From an uncultured delta proteobacterium (GTDB taxonomy: Bacteria; Desulfobacterota; Binatia; UBA9968): 64,000 nucleotides of DNA. Positions 20,967 through 32,091 of the stretch are shown piece after piece. The stretch covers positions 94,367-158,366 of the forward strand of contig CAVWLW010000025.1 in NCBI GenBank assembly GCA_963755715.1, written 5' to 3'. The position numbers were made by a program, and so were the translations under genes. The notes below the pieces were generated by a model. That model was given only the letters and a program-made list of their open reading frames with translations, searched no databases and was not told the origin of the DNA. Position 1 is the stretch's first letter, and each line of letters opens with the position of its first letter.

Positions 20967-21923
20967 TCAGGGATGAACAGACGTTTGCATTGAGCTAGTT
21001 TTTTTTTCGGGCTCCCAAATTTCAATACGGTCTTTGCCGGAATTTTTCGCAACATACAACGCGCGGTCTGCGTCATCCAACAATTCTCGCCAATCCGCAT
21101 AGTACCGCGCTGACGTGGAGCTGACCCCGACACTGACGGTCAGCGTGAATGGCCGCGCCGTGGTCCCAAAAGCGCAGGTCCGTATGGATTCATGAATTTT
21201 GCTTGCCACTTGAAGGGCATTGTCCTGATCCGTCTCGGGTAAGACTAGCACAAATTCTTCCCCACCATAGCGGGATGGAAAATCACTCTGCCGAGTTTTT
21301 TCGCGGAAGGTTTCCGAAATCTTTACAAGGGCGGCATCGCCGCCATGGTGACCATACGTATCGTTGATCATTTTAAAATTGTCGATATCGAGAATAAGCA
21401 GCGACATGGGATTGTGATAACGTTTAGAGCGCTCAAACTCCTCGTGAATTTTTTTCTCGAAGGCCCGACGATTGAAAAGACCGGTGAGTGAGTCGACCTG
21501 AGTTTGGTATTCAAGATGTTGCTGGTATTGAACCACGCGCGAGCCGACACGGATACGCGCAAGCAATTCCGAAAAGGAGAATGGTTTGGTGATGTAGTCA
21601 TCGGCTCCAAGATCCAGACCGCGCACGCGGTCGCCTTCTTGAATTCGAGCCGTAATCAAAATCAGGTAAATGTTTTTTAAAGCGGGGTTTCCGCGAATAC
21701 GTTTGATGAGCTCGAATCCGTCCATTTTCGGCATCATGATATCGGAGAGGGCGATCTGGACCTTTTCGGTTTCAAGCTTCTCGAGCGCCTCCAAGCCGTT
21801 CGCCGCTGTGATGACCTTATAGCCTTCTCTCTGAAGCACTATAGCGAGTAGGTCCCGCTGGTCCGGATGATCTTCAATGACCAAAACCGTCAGCGGAACG
21901 TTCTCTTTTTTGTCGTTGTTCAT
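20967..21923 (-). CDS. REC-GGDEF diguanylate cyclase (WspR/PleD-like)
   Basis: IEDH...SDIMMP receiver; DSLTGLFNRR; I-site RQSD; active GGEEF. Confidence 0.93.
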   Translation of the reverse strand: MNNDKKENVPLTVLVIEDHPDQRDLLAIVLQREGYKVITAANGLEALEKLETEKVQIALSDIMMPKMDGFELIKRIRGNPALKNIYLILITARIQEGDRVRGLDLGADDYITKPFSFSELLARIRVGSRVVQYQQHLEYQTQVDSLTGLFNRRAFEKKIHEEFERSKRYHNPMSLLILDIDNFKMINDTYGHHGGDAALVKISETFREKTRQSDFPSRYGGEEFVLVLPETDQDNALQVASKIHESIRTCAFGTTARPFTLTVSVGVSSTSARYYADWRELLDDADRALYVAKNSGKDRIEIWEPEKKTSSMQTSVHP

Positions 21924-22035
21924 ATTTTTCGTGTCCTTCGAGTTCGTGTCGTCATGAGAATGGGAGTGTAAAGGAAATCAAACGTATATTTGTGGCAAAT
22001 CGAGAACGATCTTTAAACTTTAATGTTTCACCGAT

Positions 22036-22051
22036 AGCAAAACACATACCC
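22036..22051 (-). promoter_or_regulatory. sigma54 promoter for the cyclase-kinase operon
   Basis: GGGTATGTGTTTTGCT (GG-N10-GC with TTGC) on the minus strand. Confidence 0.6.
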
Positions 22052-22230
22052 TTTTACTTTAGTCGTGGGGGATGAAGTTATTATGTGCGATTTGACTCCA
22101 CATCAGTTCCACGCCTTGGGTAGTGAAGAGGTAAGAACCGCCCAATATGTTAAGAATTTGTCATTGCTGCTTTCCAGAGTGTCCGGGACCCCAATCGTCA
22201 TTTGAAGGTGACCGATCATTAGCGGTGTTG

Positions 22231-22265
22231 TGACACTAAGTTCAAATCCGGTGTCAATTTTGTCA
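22231..22265. promoter_or_regulatory. Candidate enhancer (UAS) for a sigma54 activator
   Basis: Palindrome TGACAC-N14-GTGTCA plus an extra TGTCA, between two divergent sigma54 promoters. Confidence 0.45.
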
Positions 22266-22329
22266 AGCAAAAAACTGAAAATTGGTAGCCGGAAAGTATA
22301 ATTAGCTGAATTTCTGATGATCTGGATAT

Positions 22330-22345
22330 TGGCACAAATACTGCT
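22330..22345 (+). promoter_or_regulatory. sigma54 promoter of the flp pilin gene
   Basis: TGGCACAAATACTGCT, about 80 bp upstream of flp. Confidence 0.75.
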
Positions 22346-22423
22346 GTCTTCCCCAACCGTCGCCTTAATTGAAGAGATAAAAACAGTTTAACAGCTCAAA
22401 ACAGGAAAGGGGGTGAAAGATTT

Positions 22424-22618
22424 ATGGAGCTTCTAAAGCGTTTGTTAGTCGAGGAAGAAGGTCAGGGTTTAGTTGAGTACACCTTGATCGTTGTGCTGGT
22501 CGCCCTGGTTTTTTGGGTAGCTATTAAAAGTACCAATATCGGCAGTGGATTGGCTGCTGGCTGGAGCAAGGTCACTGATTGCGTTGGTACTCCGTCATCC
22601 TGTAATTCATCTTCGTAA
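22424..22618 (+). CDS. flp: Flp/Fap major pilin
   Basis: Leader ending EEEGQG, then LVEY Flp motif and a hydrophobic helix; strong RBS. Confidence 0.92.
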   Translation: MELLKRLLVEEEGQGLVEYTLIVVLVALVFWVAIKSTNIGSGLAAGWSKVTDCVGTPSSCNSSS

Positions 22619-22634
22619 TTCCGAGTTGTTTCAA

Positions 22635-22681
22635 GAGCCTTGGCTCGAAAGCGGTCGCAAGGCCGTTTTCGGCCAAGGCTC
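22635..22681 (+). other. Long stem-loop after flp (mRNA stabiliser or attenuator; no U-tract)
   Basis: GAGCCTTGGC-TCGAAAGCGGTC-GCAA-GGCCGTTTTCG-GCCAAGGCTC. Confidence 0.65.
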
Positions 22682-22710
22682 GAATGCGCCTCAACGTTTG
22701 CGGAAATTAA

Positions 22711-22739
22711 TTGACAAGGTTTTGGATGCAGTGTACCCT
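22711..22739 (+). promoter_or_regulatory. Candidate sigma70 promoter for the tad assembly genes
   Basis: TTGACA-17bp-TACCCT upstream of cpaA. Confidence 0.5.
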
Positions 22740-22775
22740 TTGGCGGTTAATAATAACGTTTTAAACATTTGAACC

Positions 22776-23309
22776 GTGTCGGACACCGTTATATTTGTGG
22801 TGAGCGGGCTGTCGGCTTTCTTCGATCTAAAGCTTAGAAGAATCCCGAACTGGCTTATCGCCACTGGTTTAGTATCTGGTGTTATATTAAACGCTTTTCA
22901 CGGGTCATCTTATCTTTTGCAAAGCCTCTTGGGCTTTGTGGTTGGAGTCGCGGTGCTAATTCTTCCGTTCGCGTTTGGTTGGATCGGTGCGGGTGACGTA
23001 AAATTTTTCGGTGTCGTCGGCGCGCTTCTTGGCGTGTCATGGCTGCCGCGGGTTTTTTTCTATTCTGCATTGATCGCGGGATTGATTGCTGTCGGCTACC
23101 TCGCAATGGGTTTAGCTCATATCTCTCGTTTCAAAGAATTCTGGTTGAACATCAAAATTGCGATTCTTAGTATGGGAAGCGTCTTGCCTGATCCGGTGCA
23201 CGTAAAGACCCGCGAGGGAGGCGGCTCGGTTCCCTGGGGAGTTGCCTTTGCGGCTGGAATGATAATCGCATACTATTTCGACTCTACTGGCCGATGGGCT
23301 GGCTTTTGA
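22776..23309 (+). CDS. cpaA: Prepilin peptidase CpaA/TadV (A24)
   Basis: FFDLKLRRIPN, GAGDVK, VPWGVA. Confidence 0.9.
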   Translation: MSDTVIFVVSGLSAFFDLKLRRIPNWLIATGLVSGVILNAFHGSSYLLQSLLGFVVGVAVLILPFAFGWIGAGDVKFFGVVGALLGVSWLPRVFFYSALIAGLIAVGYLAMGLAHISRFKEFWLNIKIAILSMGSVLPDPVHVKTREGGGSVPWGVAFAAGMIIAYYFDSTGRWAGF

Positions 23310-23394
23310 TCGTAGTTTCGATTGGATCAAAGAGAGATTTTGAAGCGCGCTTAATAACTTTTGAGAGAATAAGGACCGTTGATGAGGAGCTGTT

Positions 23395-24225
23395 ATGCAG
23401 AATAGGTTAAAGATTGCGTTAGTGGTTGCAGTGTTTTTTGGTCTCATTGCCGCCTATGGGATATACAATTTTCTCAGCGAACGACAAAAAACGGAGGATA
23501 CGCTGCGCGCGGCGAATCAGGAAATTGTTGTAGCCGCACAAGACATTCCACCGGGGACGATTTTCAACGAGGAAACGATGAAAAAAGGTTTGACCAAGAC
23601 CACGCCTTGGCCGAAAACCTCGATACCAGCCGGTGCATTTTCGTCGCAGCAGCAAATCGTCGGCAAAGTAAATCGGGTAAAAATCTTGACGAATGAGCCA
23701 ATTTTGGAATCGCGCCTCGCCGGCGAGGGCGCGGGATTAACGGTTCGATTGGAGGCCGGTAAGCGTGCCTTAGCCCTGCGAGTGGATGAGATCGTCGGTG
23801 TTAGCGGGTTTATTGTGCCGGATGACCGGGTCGACATCATTCTAACGACGACGCCTCAGGGTGCTGCTGGGGATGCGAAGATTTCTAAGATCGTTTTACA
23901 AAATAAGCGGGTGTTATCGGTAGCTCAAAGCACGGAACAAAAAGACGGCAAGCCACAGCTCGCTCGGTCAATCACTCTCGAAGTAACTCCGGAAGAAGCG
24001 GAGAAGCTGTCGCTAGCATCGCAAGAGGGCCAAATTGTTTTGGCTTTGCGTGGCCTTGGGGACGATGCGACTACGATGACCATCGGCAGCAATAAACGAG
24101 ATTTGTTGGCGCTCGCGGCCGCGCCTCGCAAGGTCGGTGGCGGGCGTGTGGCGCAGCCGCCACCCCCGGATAAATATCGAGTCGAAGTCATCCACGGTAG
24201 CAATCGTAATGTGGTGGAATTCTAA
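23395..24225 (+). CDS. cpaB: Flp pilus assembly protein CpaB/RcpC
   Basis: SAF domain VVAAQDIPPG; GKRALALRVDEIVGVSGFIVPDDRVDI; TLEVTPEEAEKL. Confidence 0.92.
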   Translation: MQNRLKIALVVAVFFGLIAAYGIYNFLSERQKTEDTLRAANQEIVVAAQDIPPGTIFNEETMKKGLTKTTPWPKTSIPAGAFSSQQQIVGKVNRVKILTNEPILESRLAGEGAGLTVRLEAGKRALALRVDEIVGVSGFIVPDDRVDIILTTTPQGAAGDAKISKIVLQNKRVLSVAQSTEQKDGKPQLARSITLEVTPEEAEKLSLASQEGQIVLALRGLGDDATTMTIGSNKRDLLALAAAPRKVGGGRVAQPPPPDKYRVEVIHGSNRNVVEF

Positions 24226-24242
24226 TGGTAAGGGGAGGGTTC

Positions 24243-25766
24243 ATGAGGCACTATTGTTTAGTCCCGGGGCGGCTAAATAAAGTAGTTCGTTTAGCGGCGA
24301 TTTTTCTGTTGACCTTGGCGGTGTCCAAGTCGGGTGCGCAGTCGCAAACGGCACCGGCGATTACCGTCACTGTCAACAAATCGATGGTTTTCCGTCTCGC
24401 CGAAAGGGCTAAGCGCGTATCGGTTTCGCAACCGGAAGTGGCCGACGTTCTTGTGGTGGCGCCGAGTCAGCTGTTGATCAATGGCAAGAACGTGGGTACC
24501 ACATCTCTCATCATCTTCGATGAGAAGGGCGAAGTATCGAACTACGATTTGATTGTCGCGCCCGATATTTCTGCGTTACGCGGGCAGCTAAGAGCGATTT
24601 TTCCCAATGAAAAAGTTGATATCTCGACATCCGGGCCGTCTTTGGTCCTGCGCGGAGAGGTGTCCAACGAAGTCGTTTACGACCGGGTATTGGAAGTCGT
24701 CGCGACCTATCTCCCGCCCAAGCCTCCCGCGGCTGTAGCGCCTTCCACAAGCACGTCTTTTACTATTGGAGCGAGTCCTCTCGCACAGATTTCGAGCTCG
24801 GGAGTTGGCTTTGCCAGTGGCGGAACGTTGGCCTTTACCGAGGAAACATCCATCACCGACACATATCGCTGGAGTGACAAGAAAAAAATCGACGGAGTCA
24901 TCGATTTGCTGGTCATTAGAGAAATCCGCCAAATTGAGCTGGACGTCATCGTGGCCGATGTTTCAATGACCAAACTCCGAGAGATCGGCCTTGATATTTT
25001 TCAGAACTACCGCAATGTGGGGTTCAATAGTTTGATCGGTAGCAATGCATTTGGGCTTCTGCTTCAACATACCGGCGGAACATCCACCCCAGCACTCAAC
25101 GTTCCTCCCCTGACTGGTGCTTTTTCGTATGTTAATGGCGCGTATCAGTTACTAACATTGTATCGAGCGCTACAAAATAAAGATATAGCTCAGATACTTG
25201 CACAGCCGCGGCTTGTGGTGAAAAACGGCAAGAGTGGCGGCTTTTTATCTGGCGGAGAAGTCCCTATCATCACAACCACAGCAAACACGTTTGGCGTGAT
25301 CTATAAACCCTTCGGTGTTCGGCTTGATTTTATTCCGACAATTACTTTGTCGGATAGAATTGATCTCCGGGTGTTTCCGGAGGTCAGCGATATAGCTGCC
25401 GGTATCGGTACAGGTACCCCTAGTTTTGTGGTCCGTCGAACCATAAGCCGGGTCGAGATGAAGGAAGGTGAGAGCTTGATTATCGGAGGCTTGTTAGATC
25501 AGAGAGTCGTCAAGGATCTAACGAAATTTCCATTTTTGGGCGACGTGCCAATTTTGGGCGCCCTCTTTAGAAGTACAAAGTTCAACAACAAAGAGTCGGA
25601 GCTCGTTTTCGTGATCACGCCGCGTATCGTGCGGACGATGAAGCCGGGCGAAAAACCGCAGCTGCCGAGCCTCGAAAAATTCGATGATCCGGATATGCGC
25701 CAGGTGCCGGTGCCGGGTGGTTCGGACGAAAAGAAAACACCACCCCGTGGCGCCTCGATACCTTGA
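24243..25766 (+). CDS. cpaC: Tad secretin CpaC/RcpA
   Basis: VSVSQPEVADV N-domain, LAQPRL, FLSGGEVP, FGVRLDFIP, PFLGDVPILGALFRS. Confidence 0.92.
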   Translation: MRHYCLVPGRLNKVVRLAAIFLLTLAVSKSGAQSQTAPAITVTVNKSMVFRLAERAKRVSVSQPEVADVLVVAPSQLLINGKNVGTTSLIIFDEKGEVSNYDLIVAPDISALRGQLRAIFPNEKVDISTSGPSLVLRGEVSNEVVYDRVLEVVATYLPPKPPAAVAPSTSTSFTIGASPLAQISSSGVGFASGGTLAFTEETSITDTYRWSDKKKIDGVIDLLVIREIRQIELDVIVADVSMTKLREIGLDIFQNYRNVGFNSLIGSNAFGLLLQHTGGTSTPALNVPPLTGAFSYVNGAYQLLTLYRALQNKDIAQILAQPRLVVKNGKSGGFLSGGEVPIITTTANTFGVIYKPFGVRLDFIPTITLSDRIDLRVFPEVSDIAAGIGTGTPSFVVRRTISRVEMKEGESLIIGGLLDQRVVKDLTKFPFLGDVPILGALFRSTKFNNKESELVFVITPRIVRTMKPGEKPQLPSLEKFDDPDMRQVPVPGGSDEKKTPPRGASIP

Positions 25767-25837
25767 GGTAAGTAAGCGCGTCGCTCTTGCGTAACCGATA
25801 CACGATGATATGGCATCCAGCTAGATAGAACACGGGC

Positions 25838-27058
25838 ATGAAGTTACCAATTTGTTTGATCGGCGAAGACAGTCTGGCTCTGGCTTCTTTAAAGCAGCAG
25901 CTTGAAAGGGAGTCGTCGGTATCGGTCGAGCCGCGGGTGTTCAGCTACGGCGAGGCTTTTGACGGATTGAAAACTCGTAGTGGCTCGATTGTCGCCGTGG
26001 TGGATATCAATCTCGATCCCGAGCGGGCTTTCAATGTAGCGGAGCAAATTAAGCTGAGACTGCCGAATGTGCGATTGGTGATGACTTCGCCGACCGGCGC
26101 GCCCGACACGATTCTTCGCGCGATGCGCTCAGGCGCCGAAGAATTTCTTACGCAACCTTTTAATTGGACCGAAGTTCTAAAATCATTCGATACGATTCGA
26201 AAAAAGGTTGACGTGCATACGTCGAAGGGGAGTGAGCGGGGGCATATCCTTGCAATCTCATCCAACAAAGGCGGCGTCGGTTCGACGACGGCAGCGACAA
26301 ACTTGGCTGCAACTTTGGTTGCGCAAAAAAAATCGGTTTGCTTGGTCGATCTAGTATTGCAATTCGGATCGGTGACTAGCTTTCTCAATATCGATGCGTC
26401 CTACACGATCCTAGACTTAGTTAAAAACCTGAAACGGATCGATCCGCTTTTTCTCGACGGGTCCTTGGTTAAGCATGCTTCCGGAATCAGGGTGTTGGCG
26501 GAGCCCTTTTACGCGGAAGATGCGCGGAGGATCACGCCCGCGGATATCGACGAAATCTTGGAAGTGTTGGCCCAGTCGTTTGACTTTGTCGTGGTTGATA
26601 CGCCGAAGGAGTTCGACGACATGCTCGCGCTCGTTTTAGATAAAGCGAATTTGATTCTCTTTATCACTGAAATGGACGTGCCTTCACTCAAGAGCGCTCA
26701 TCGAGCTTTGGAGCTCTTCGAGCGTATGGGTATCTATGACAAGAAAATTCGTTTGATTCTCAACCGGTACGTCAAGAGTAAGTTGATGACCTTGGAGTCT
26801 GTAGAAAAAGCGCTCGGAGTGAAAGTGTTTTGGACGTTGCCGAATAATTACCCTGTTGCTATTGCAGCCGTTAATCAAGGCTTGTCGATACAGGAATGCG
26901 ATCCTAAGGCCGATATTTCGAAGAGCTATTCAGGTCTTACTGATGCGGTGCTCAATACATTTTTGTTTTCCGGGTCGTCGCGAGCGGAAATAGGCGACGA
27001 CAAAAGATCGGGTTTGCTCGGTCGGTTTCTACCACCGGTGCGTGGATTAACTAAGTAA
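25838..27058 (+). CDS. cpaE: CpaE/TadZ (pseudo-receiver plus MinD-like ATPase)
   Basis: [33 protein letters not shown]. Confidence 0.9.
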   Translation: MKLPICLIGEDSLALASLKQQLERESSVSVEPRVFSYGEAFDGLKTRSGSIVAVVDINLDPERAFNVAEQIKLRLPNVRLVMTSPTGAPDTILRAMRSGAEEFLTQPFNWTEVLKSFDTIRKKVDVHTSKGSERGHILAISSNKGGVGSTTAATNLAATLVAQKKSVCLVDLVLQFGSVTSFLNIDASYTILDLVKNLKRIDPLFLDGSLVKHASGIRVLAEPFYAEDARRITPADIDEILEVLAQSFDFVVVDTPKEFDDMLALVLDKANLILFITEMDVPSLKSAHRALELFERMGIYDKKIRLILNRYVKSKLMTLESVEKALGVKVFWTLPNNYPVAIAAVNQGLSIQECDPKADISKSYSGLTDAVLNTFLFSGSSRAEIGDDKRSGLLGRFLPPVRGLTK

Positions 27059-27068
27059 GGGGCGATTT

Positions 27069-28460
27069 ATGAAAAATCCGTCATTCGATTCAGACAAAGA
27101 CCGGTGGGAAACAGATAGAAGCGCAGGTGACGGCGGCAGAGCCCCGCTCAGATCCCTGCAGACGACAAGCCCGGATATCATTCTGCAGGATCTAAGGCTG
27201 CGCATTCATCGAAAACTCATCGATACCTTGGATCTCTCCAAGCTGTCTAACCTGGAAATGGAGCGGGTTCGAGTAGAGATTCGGCGCATTCTGGAAGACA
27301 TTGTCCTGACCGAGGCGATTCCGCTCAGTCGAGCTGACCGCGACCGCCTCGTGATGGAAGTTCAGCATGAGGTCTTTGGCTTAGGTCCGCTGGAAAGCCT
27401 CATGAAGGATCCGGAGATCTCTGATATTTTGGTCAATTCATCGAGCCAAATCTACGTCGAGCGCTACGGCAAGCTGGAAAAAACCGACGTGCGTTTTCGC
27501 GACGACGCGCATCTAATGCAGATCATCGAACGTATCGTCACCCGGGTGGGACGACGTGTAGATGAGAGCTCGCCGATGGTCGATGCCAGGTTGGCTGACG
27601 GATCTCGCGTTAACGCGATTATCCCGCCATTGGCTTTAGACGGTCCCGTACTGTCCATCCGTCGGTTTGGCGCCGAGCGCCTCACCATTAACGACCTCAT
27701 TCAATTTAATTCGATCCCGCCGCAGATGGCGGAGGTCGCGGCAGCCTGCGTGAAATCACGGCTTAACATGATCGTTTCCGGCGGCACGGGTGCAGGTAAA
27801 ACCACGTTGCTCAATTGCTTATCTAATTACATTCCGGAAAACGAGCGCATTGTGACCATCGAGGACTCCGCCGAATTGAAACTGCAGCAGGAACACGTAG
27901 TGCGGCTTGAGACCCGACCGCCGAATATCGAGGGCCAAGGCGCCGTGACCGCCAGAGACCTGGTACGAAACGCCTTGCGTATGAGACCGGATCGCATCGT
28001 CATCGGCGAGGTGCGCGGTGGTGAGGCGCTCGACATGATGCAGGCGATGAACACCGGTCATGACGGTTCAATCAGTACGGTCCACGCCAATAGCGCGCGT
28101 GACGCGCTGTCCCGTCTGGAAACGATGATGCTGATGGCGGGAATAAACTTACCGGAAAGGGCCTTGCGTGAACAGTCCGCCGCGGCCATAGATGTCATCC
28201 TTCAGCTCACCCGCTTGAACGACGGCAGCCGGAAAGTTATCGAGTTTTCCGAAGTCACCGGAATGGAAGGAAGTACAATCACTACGCAAACGATCTTCAA
28301 GTTCGAACAGAGAGGCATGGAGAACGGTAAGGTCGTCGGTGAATTCGTTGCCACCGGTGTGATGCCGTCGTTTATGGATCGACTCGAGAGATACGGTTTT
28401 AGGATTCCCAACAGTCACTTTTTACCCGTAGCAATGGGAGCAAAAAGAAGGGCGCTATGA
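27069..28460 (+). CDS. cpaF: Tad assembly ATPase CpaF/TadA
   Basis: [48 protein letters not shown]. Confidence 0.95.
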   Translation: MKNPSFDSDKDRWETDRSAGDGGRAPLRSLQTTSPDIILQDLRLRIHRKLIDTLDLSKLSNLEMERVRVEIRRILEDIVLTEAIPLSRADRDRLVMEVQHEVFGLGPLESLMKDPEISDILVNSSSQIYVERYGKLEKTDVRFRDDAHLMQIIERIVTRVGRRVDESSPMVDARLADGSRVNAIIPPLALDGPVLSIRRFGAERLTINDLIQFNSIPPQMAEVAAACVKSRLNMIVSGGTGAGKTTLLNCLSNYIPENERIVTIEDSAELKLQQEHVVRLETRPPNIEGQGAVTARDLVRNALRMRPDRIVIGEVRGGEALDMMQAMNTGHDGSISTVHANSARDALSRLETMMLMAGINLPERALREQSAAAIDVILQLTRLNDGSRKVIEFSEVTGMEGSTITTQTIFKFEQRGMENGKVVGEFVATGVMPSFMDRLERYGFRIPNSHFLPVAMGAKRRAL

Positions 28461-29431
28461 GTTTACTTCTCATCAGCATATTCTCCTTTCTCGCGGCAGT
28501 GTCTTTGATCGTGATACTTTTCATGCTGCCGATGGCGGTCCAGGATTCAGCCCAGGCGAGAATCAAGCGGCGGCTCACGACGATCGGCCGGTTCGACCAA
28601 GCTTCGCGAGCCGAGATGCAGAGTATTCTCAAAACTTCGATTTATAGCGAGATTCCTTGGGTCAATGAGCTGTTGTCGCGGTGGAAATTTATTCACAGCA
28701 TCGATCTCCGGCTCGAGCGGGCGAACGTAGATATGACGCCTGGGATGTTTCTTCTCTGCTCGGTCGGCGCGGGCGGCGTTGCCTTTTTTCTCGCGGCGAT
28801 CTTGGGCCAACCGACGGTGATGTGTTTCATTTTCGGTTTGATCGCGATGTTCTGTCCCTCCATTTATCTTCAGTTTATCATTTGGAAGCGCTTGAGAAAG
28901 TTTCTCGAGCAATTTCCCGATGGGCTCGATATGATCGCCCAGAGTCTGCAAGCCGGCTTGGGGTTGACCCAGGCGATGGTCTTCGTCGCGAAAGAAGTGC
29001 CGGATCCGATGGGAACTGAGTTTTCCGTGTTTATCGAAGAGGTGAATCTCGGCTTGCCGCTCGGCGACGCACTAAAAAAATTCGAAGAACGCATGAATTT
29101 ACCCGAGGTGCGTCTCTTCAACACCGCCTTGATGGTGCAACGCGAAGTTGGCGGTAGTCTTGCTGAATTGCTAACCAAGCTGTCGACCATCATTCGAGAC
29201 CGTTTCCGCATCGAGCGCTTGATCAAGAGCTTAACCGCGCAGAATCGCATCAGCGCCTGGACGGTCTGCTCCGTCCCGCCGTTTCTGGCGTTCTTTATGT
29301 TTATCCGCGAGCCCGTGATGATGAACAAGTTTATGCAAAATCCCATAGGCCGGAGCCTGCTGGGGGCGGCGCTGTTTTTGGAAGTCTGCGGCATCCTGGT
29401 GTTTCGTAAGATTATCAAAATTCATATCTAG
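28457..29431 (+). CDS. tadB: TadB inner-membrane platform protein
   Basis: [31 protein letters not shown]; T2SSF-type topology. Confidence 0.9.
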   Translation: MSLLLISIFSFLAAVSLIVILFMLPMAVQDSAQARIKRRLTTIGRFDQASRAEMQSILKTSIYSEIPWVNELLSRWKFIHSIDLRLERANVDMTPGMFLLCSVGAGGVAFFLAAILGQPTVMCFIFGLIAMFCPSIYLQFIIWKRLRKFLEQFPDGLDMIAQSLQAGLGLTQAMVFVAKEVPDPMGTEFSVFIEEVNLGLPLGDALKKFEERMNLPEVRLFNTALMVQREVGGSLAELLTKLSTIIRDRFRIERLIKSLTAQNRISAWTVCSVPPFLAFFMFIREPVMMNKFMQNPIGRSLLGAALFLEVCGILVFRKIIKIHI

Positions 29432-29442
29432 GAATTTATTTT

Positions 29443-30372
29443 ATGGAACTGTTAATCGCTGTCGGCTTCTTTGGTTTGATAACGGCGCTCGTGTATTTCG
29501 TGATTGCCTCCAAGGCGCCGGTGGCTGAGGACGCCATTCAACGGCGTCTGGAGAGTATCGGTTTGCAAACCGAATCAAGAGCCCAGGTGCGGCTCCACGA
29601 CACGGAAGAAATAACGTTTTGGGAACGGGTTGCCAATTTCTTTTTCGGTGATCGGGAGCTGCCGGAGCGCTTTAATCTGGCGAGCAAACGTCTGCATCAG
29701 GCGGGTTACCGCGGCAATCGAGCCGTGCGTATTTTCTGGGGTCTCAGAATTTTTCTCGCCATCGCCCTCGCTTTCGGCGGTATGTTTATGGCGCTCACGT
29801 CCGGCGCCGCGATGAGTGATTTTCTAATGCTCAGCGCCGCCGGTGCGGCAACGGGTTATATGCTGCCGTTTATTACGGTGCTCCGTAAATCGCGCGCCCG
29901 AGTGCGCGAGATGCGCGAAACGCTGCCGGACACGCTGGATTTGATTGTCGTCTGCGTCGAGGCAGGAATGGGCGTCGATGCCGCGTTGAACCGCGTCGGC
30001 AAGGAACAAAACTCGCAGCAGCTGGCGCTCGGCGAGGAGCTAATGCTCACCACCCAGGAAATGCAGGCCGGTTCGGTGCGCAAAGATGCCTTGATTCGGC
30101 TGGCGGAGAGAGTCGGTATCGAAGAGTTTCGCGCTCTCGTGACGTTTCTCACCCAGACGGAGGAAATGGGTGGTAGCATCGCGCGCTCGCTGCGCGTCTA
30201 CGCCGAGACGATGCGCGACAAGCGCAGCCAGGCGGCGGAAGAAGCCGCCCGCAAGACGGTTATTAAACTGATTTTTCCATTGGTATTCTTTATTCTCCCG
30301 GCGATTTTTATTATTCTGCTCGGACCTCCGGGGCTGGGGATCGTGGAAATGCTTGCGAACCCATTGAATTGA
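29443..30372 (+). CDS. tadC: TadC inner-membrane platform protein
   Basis: LPDTLDLIVVCVEAG, KLIFPLVFFILP. Confidence 0.9.
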   Translation: MELLIAVGFFGLITALVYFVIASKAPVAEDAIQRRLESIGLQTESRAQVRLHDTEEITFWERVANFFFGDRELPERFNLASKRLHQAGYRGNRAVRIFWGLRIFLAIALAFGGMFMALTSGAAMSDFLMLSAAGAATGYMLPFITVLRKSRARVREMRETLPDTLDLIVVCVEAGMGVDAALNRVGKEQNSQQLALGEELMLTTQEMQAGSVRKDALIRLAERVGIEEFRALVTFLTQTEEMGGSIARSLRVYAETMRDKRSQAAEEAARKTVIKLIFPLVFFILPAIFIILLGPPGLGIVEMLANPLN

Positions 30373-30376
30373 GTAC

Positions 30377-30787
30377 TTGGAATTGGTCGTGCCGGTCATT
30401 AATTTAACCAAAGAGACTTGGCTTGCCACCAAGGTACGGAAGGCGGACAACTTTCTCACGCGGCTGGTGGGCTTATTGAAACGGACGAATCTCGGACCCG
30501 AAGAGGCTTTGTGGTTGATGCCTAGCCGTGGGATTCACACGATCGGGATGAAGTTTCCGATCGACATCGTATTTTTAAACAAGAGCCATCATGTCGTTGG
30601 ACTGATGGCCGGGCTGGCGCCCTACAGAATAAGCCCGGTTCATTTTAACGGCTATAGCGTGCTGGAGTTGCCCAATGGCACGATCAAGAAATCGCGCACC
30701 GAGATCGGCGATCAATTTGAGATTTCACTAGTGGAGACTTCCGAGATCGACGATTTGAGGGATACGCGGTTGAGTAAGATAGGTTGA
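30377..30787 (+). CDS. DUF192-family protein
   Basis: ADNFLTRLVGLL...IHTIGMKFPIDIVFL...SVLELP. Confidence 0.85.
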   Translation: MELVVPVINLTKETWLATKVRKADNFLTRLVGLLKRTNLGPEEALWLMPSRGIHTIGMKFPIDIVFLNKSHHVVGLMAGLAPYRISPVHFNGYSVLELPNGTIKKSRTEIGDQFEISLVETSEIDDLRDTRLSKIG

Positions 30788-31019
30788 AAATACCGGCCAC
30801 GAACTTCCATATTGCTGCAGACGATGGATCACTCATTGGATTTTTAACAATTTGAATCTAGGCACTATTGCCCGGATTAGATGCGAGGGCTTCTTTGGAG
30901 CAAGTATGCCCGAGCCAGATGGCTGCCAACTCAAGACAAGCCAGCGCGGACCAAGACGAAGGTGTTTCATAGCGCCCGGCACAATTCGTGAAGGGGCAAA
31001 GGAACAATGGGAAGACAGA

Positions 31020-31532
31020 ATGTTGACGAGTACCAGTCATCCCCGCTTGCGTCCCGTACAATCTGCCATGCGTATCTGTTGCGACAATAGAGGCCAAGCT
31101 CTGGTCGAGTTCACGCTCGTTTTCATTCTCCTGCTCGTTATTGCTTGGATACCTGCGGACTTTGGTTTGGCATTCTATACGGGTCAACTTGCATTGAACG
31201 CGTCTCGGGAAGGAGCGAGGGTCGCATCCGCGACTATCCCGTTTGATTCGACGGAATCTACCACTCAAACCTGCAGAAGACTGTCTTCAGCGTTTCTATT
31301 AGACCCTGGTTCGGCTTTCGGCACTAGCTGCTCGCCCTATTCACAGGCGCGTGTCGCTGTCACTGCACCGACCGGGGTCACCTGTAATCAACAGCTAACA
31401 GTGACTGTTACAGGAGATTACAATTACTGGTTTTACGGTCTTCTACGATTTTTGGGCGCATCTGTTCCGCAAAACGTTCGAATAACGCGGTCGACTCAGA
31501 TGCGCTGGGAGCATCAAGATCCGTGCACATGA
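31020..31532 (+). CDS. tadE: TadE-like minor pilin
   Basis: RGQALVEF prepilin motif, ASREGAR, several Cys. Confidence 0.85.
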   Translation: MLTSTSHPRLRPVQSAMRICCDNRGQALVEFTLVFILLLVIAWIPADFGLAFYTGQLALNASREGARVASATIPFDSTESTTQTCRRLSSAFLLDPGSAFGTSCSPYSQARVAVTAPTGVTCNQQLTVTVTGDYNYWFYGLLRFLGASVPQNVRITRSTQMRWEHQDPCT

Positions 31533-31570
31533 TTAGTCTCATGAAAATGTTACCGCTGGATAATATATCT

Positions 31571-32074
31571 ATGAGCGCTAGAAAAATTTTGCTCAATAAG
31601 CGGGGACAAAGCATTGTCGAAATTGCCCTGATCACGCCATTACTACTCGTTGCCTTGTACGTAGCCATGGACTTCGGGATTTTGTTTTTTACGGCCCATT
31701 ACACACAAAACGCAGTCCGTGAAGCGGCGAGAATTGGCTCCATTCTGCCCGACTGCGCGACTGGCGCTCCGGTTCCTTGTGTCACGACGGTTGCGGCGCA
31801 GAGCTGTCCCGGTACCGACACTGTCGTTCAAGAAGCTTGTAACCGACTCACGAATCGCCTGACAGGCACGACTGTGGCGGTTACTTTGACCGGAACCTAT
31901 AATCCGCCCACCTGTATGCGGGAGCTCAAGGTGACTGCGAGTGGAACTTACGCTTATGGTCTTTACAGGGTGATAACATTATTTGGAATGCCTGTTCCAA
32001 CAAACCCGACTGTAAGCCGTTCCGCAGATTTGCGATATCAAGGTCAACCAGTCACGGTGACCGGCGCATGTTGA
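31571..32074 (+). CDS. Second TadE/TadF-like minor pilin
   Basis: RGQSIVEI, AVREAAR, six Cys. Confidence 0.85.
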   Translation: MSARKILLNKRGQSIVEIALITPLLLVALYVAMDFGILFFTAHYTQNAVREAARIGSILPDCATGAPVPCVTTVAAQSCPGTDTVVQEACNRLTNRLTGTTVAVTLTGTYNPPTCMRELKVTASGTYAYGLYRVITLFGMPVPTNPTVSRSADLRYQGQPVTVTGAC

Positions 32075-32091
32075 GCGAATAGGAGACGCGT

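Noticed and set aside
22424-22618. Conductive (e-pilus) pilin
   Set aside because: It is a Flp-type pilin with only four aromatic residues in about 50 aa, and no cytochrome genes are nearby.
22635-22681. c-di-GMP riboswitch
   Set aside because: A single hairpin with a GCAA loop; I cannot identify the second stem and receptor architecture, and it lies 3' of flp.
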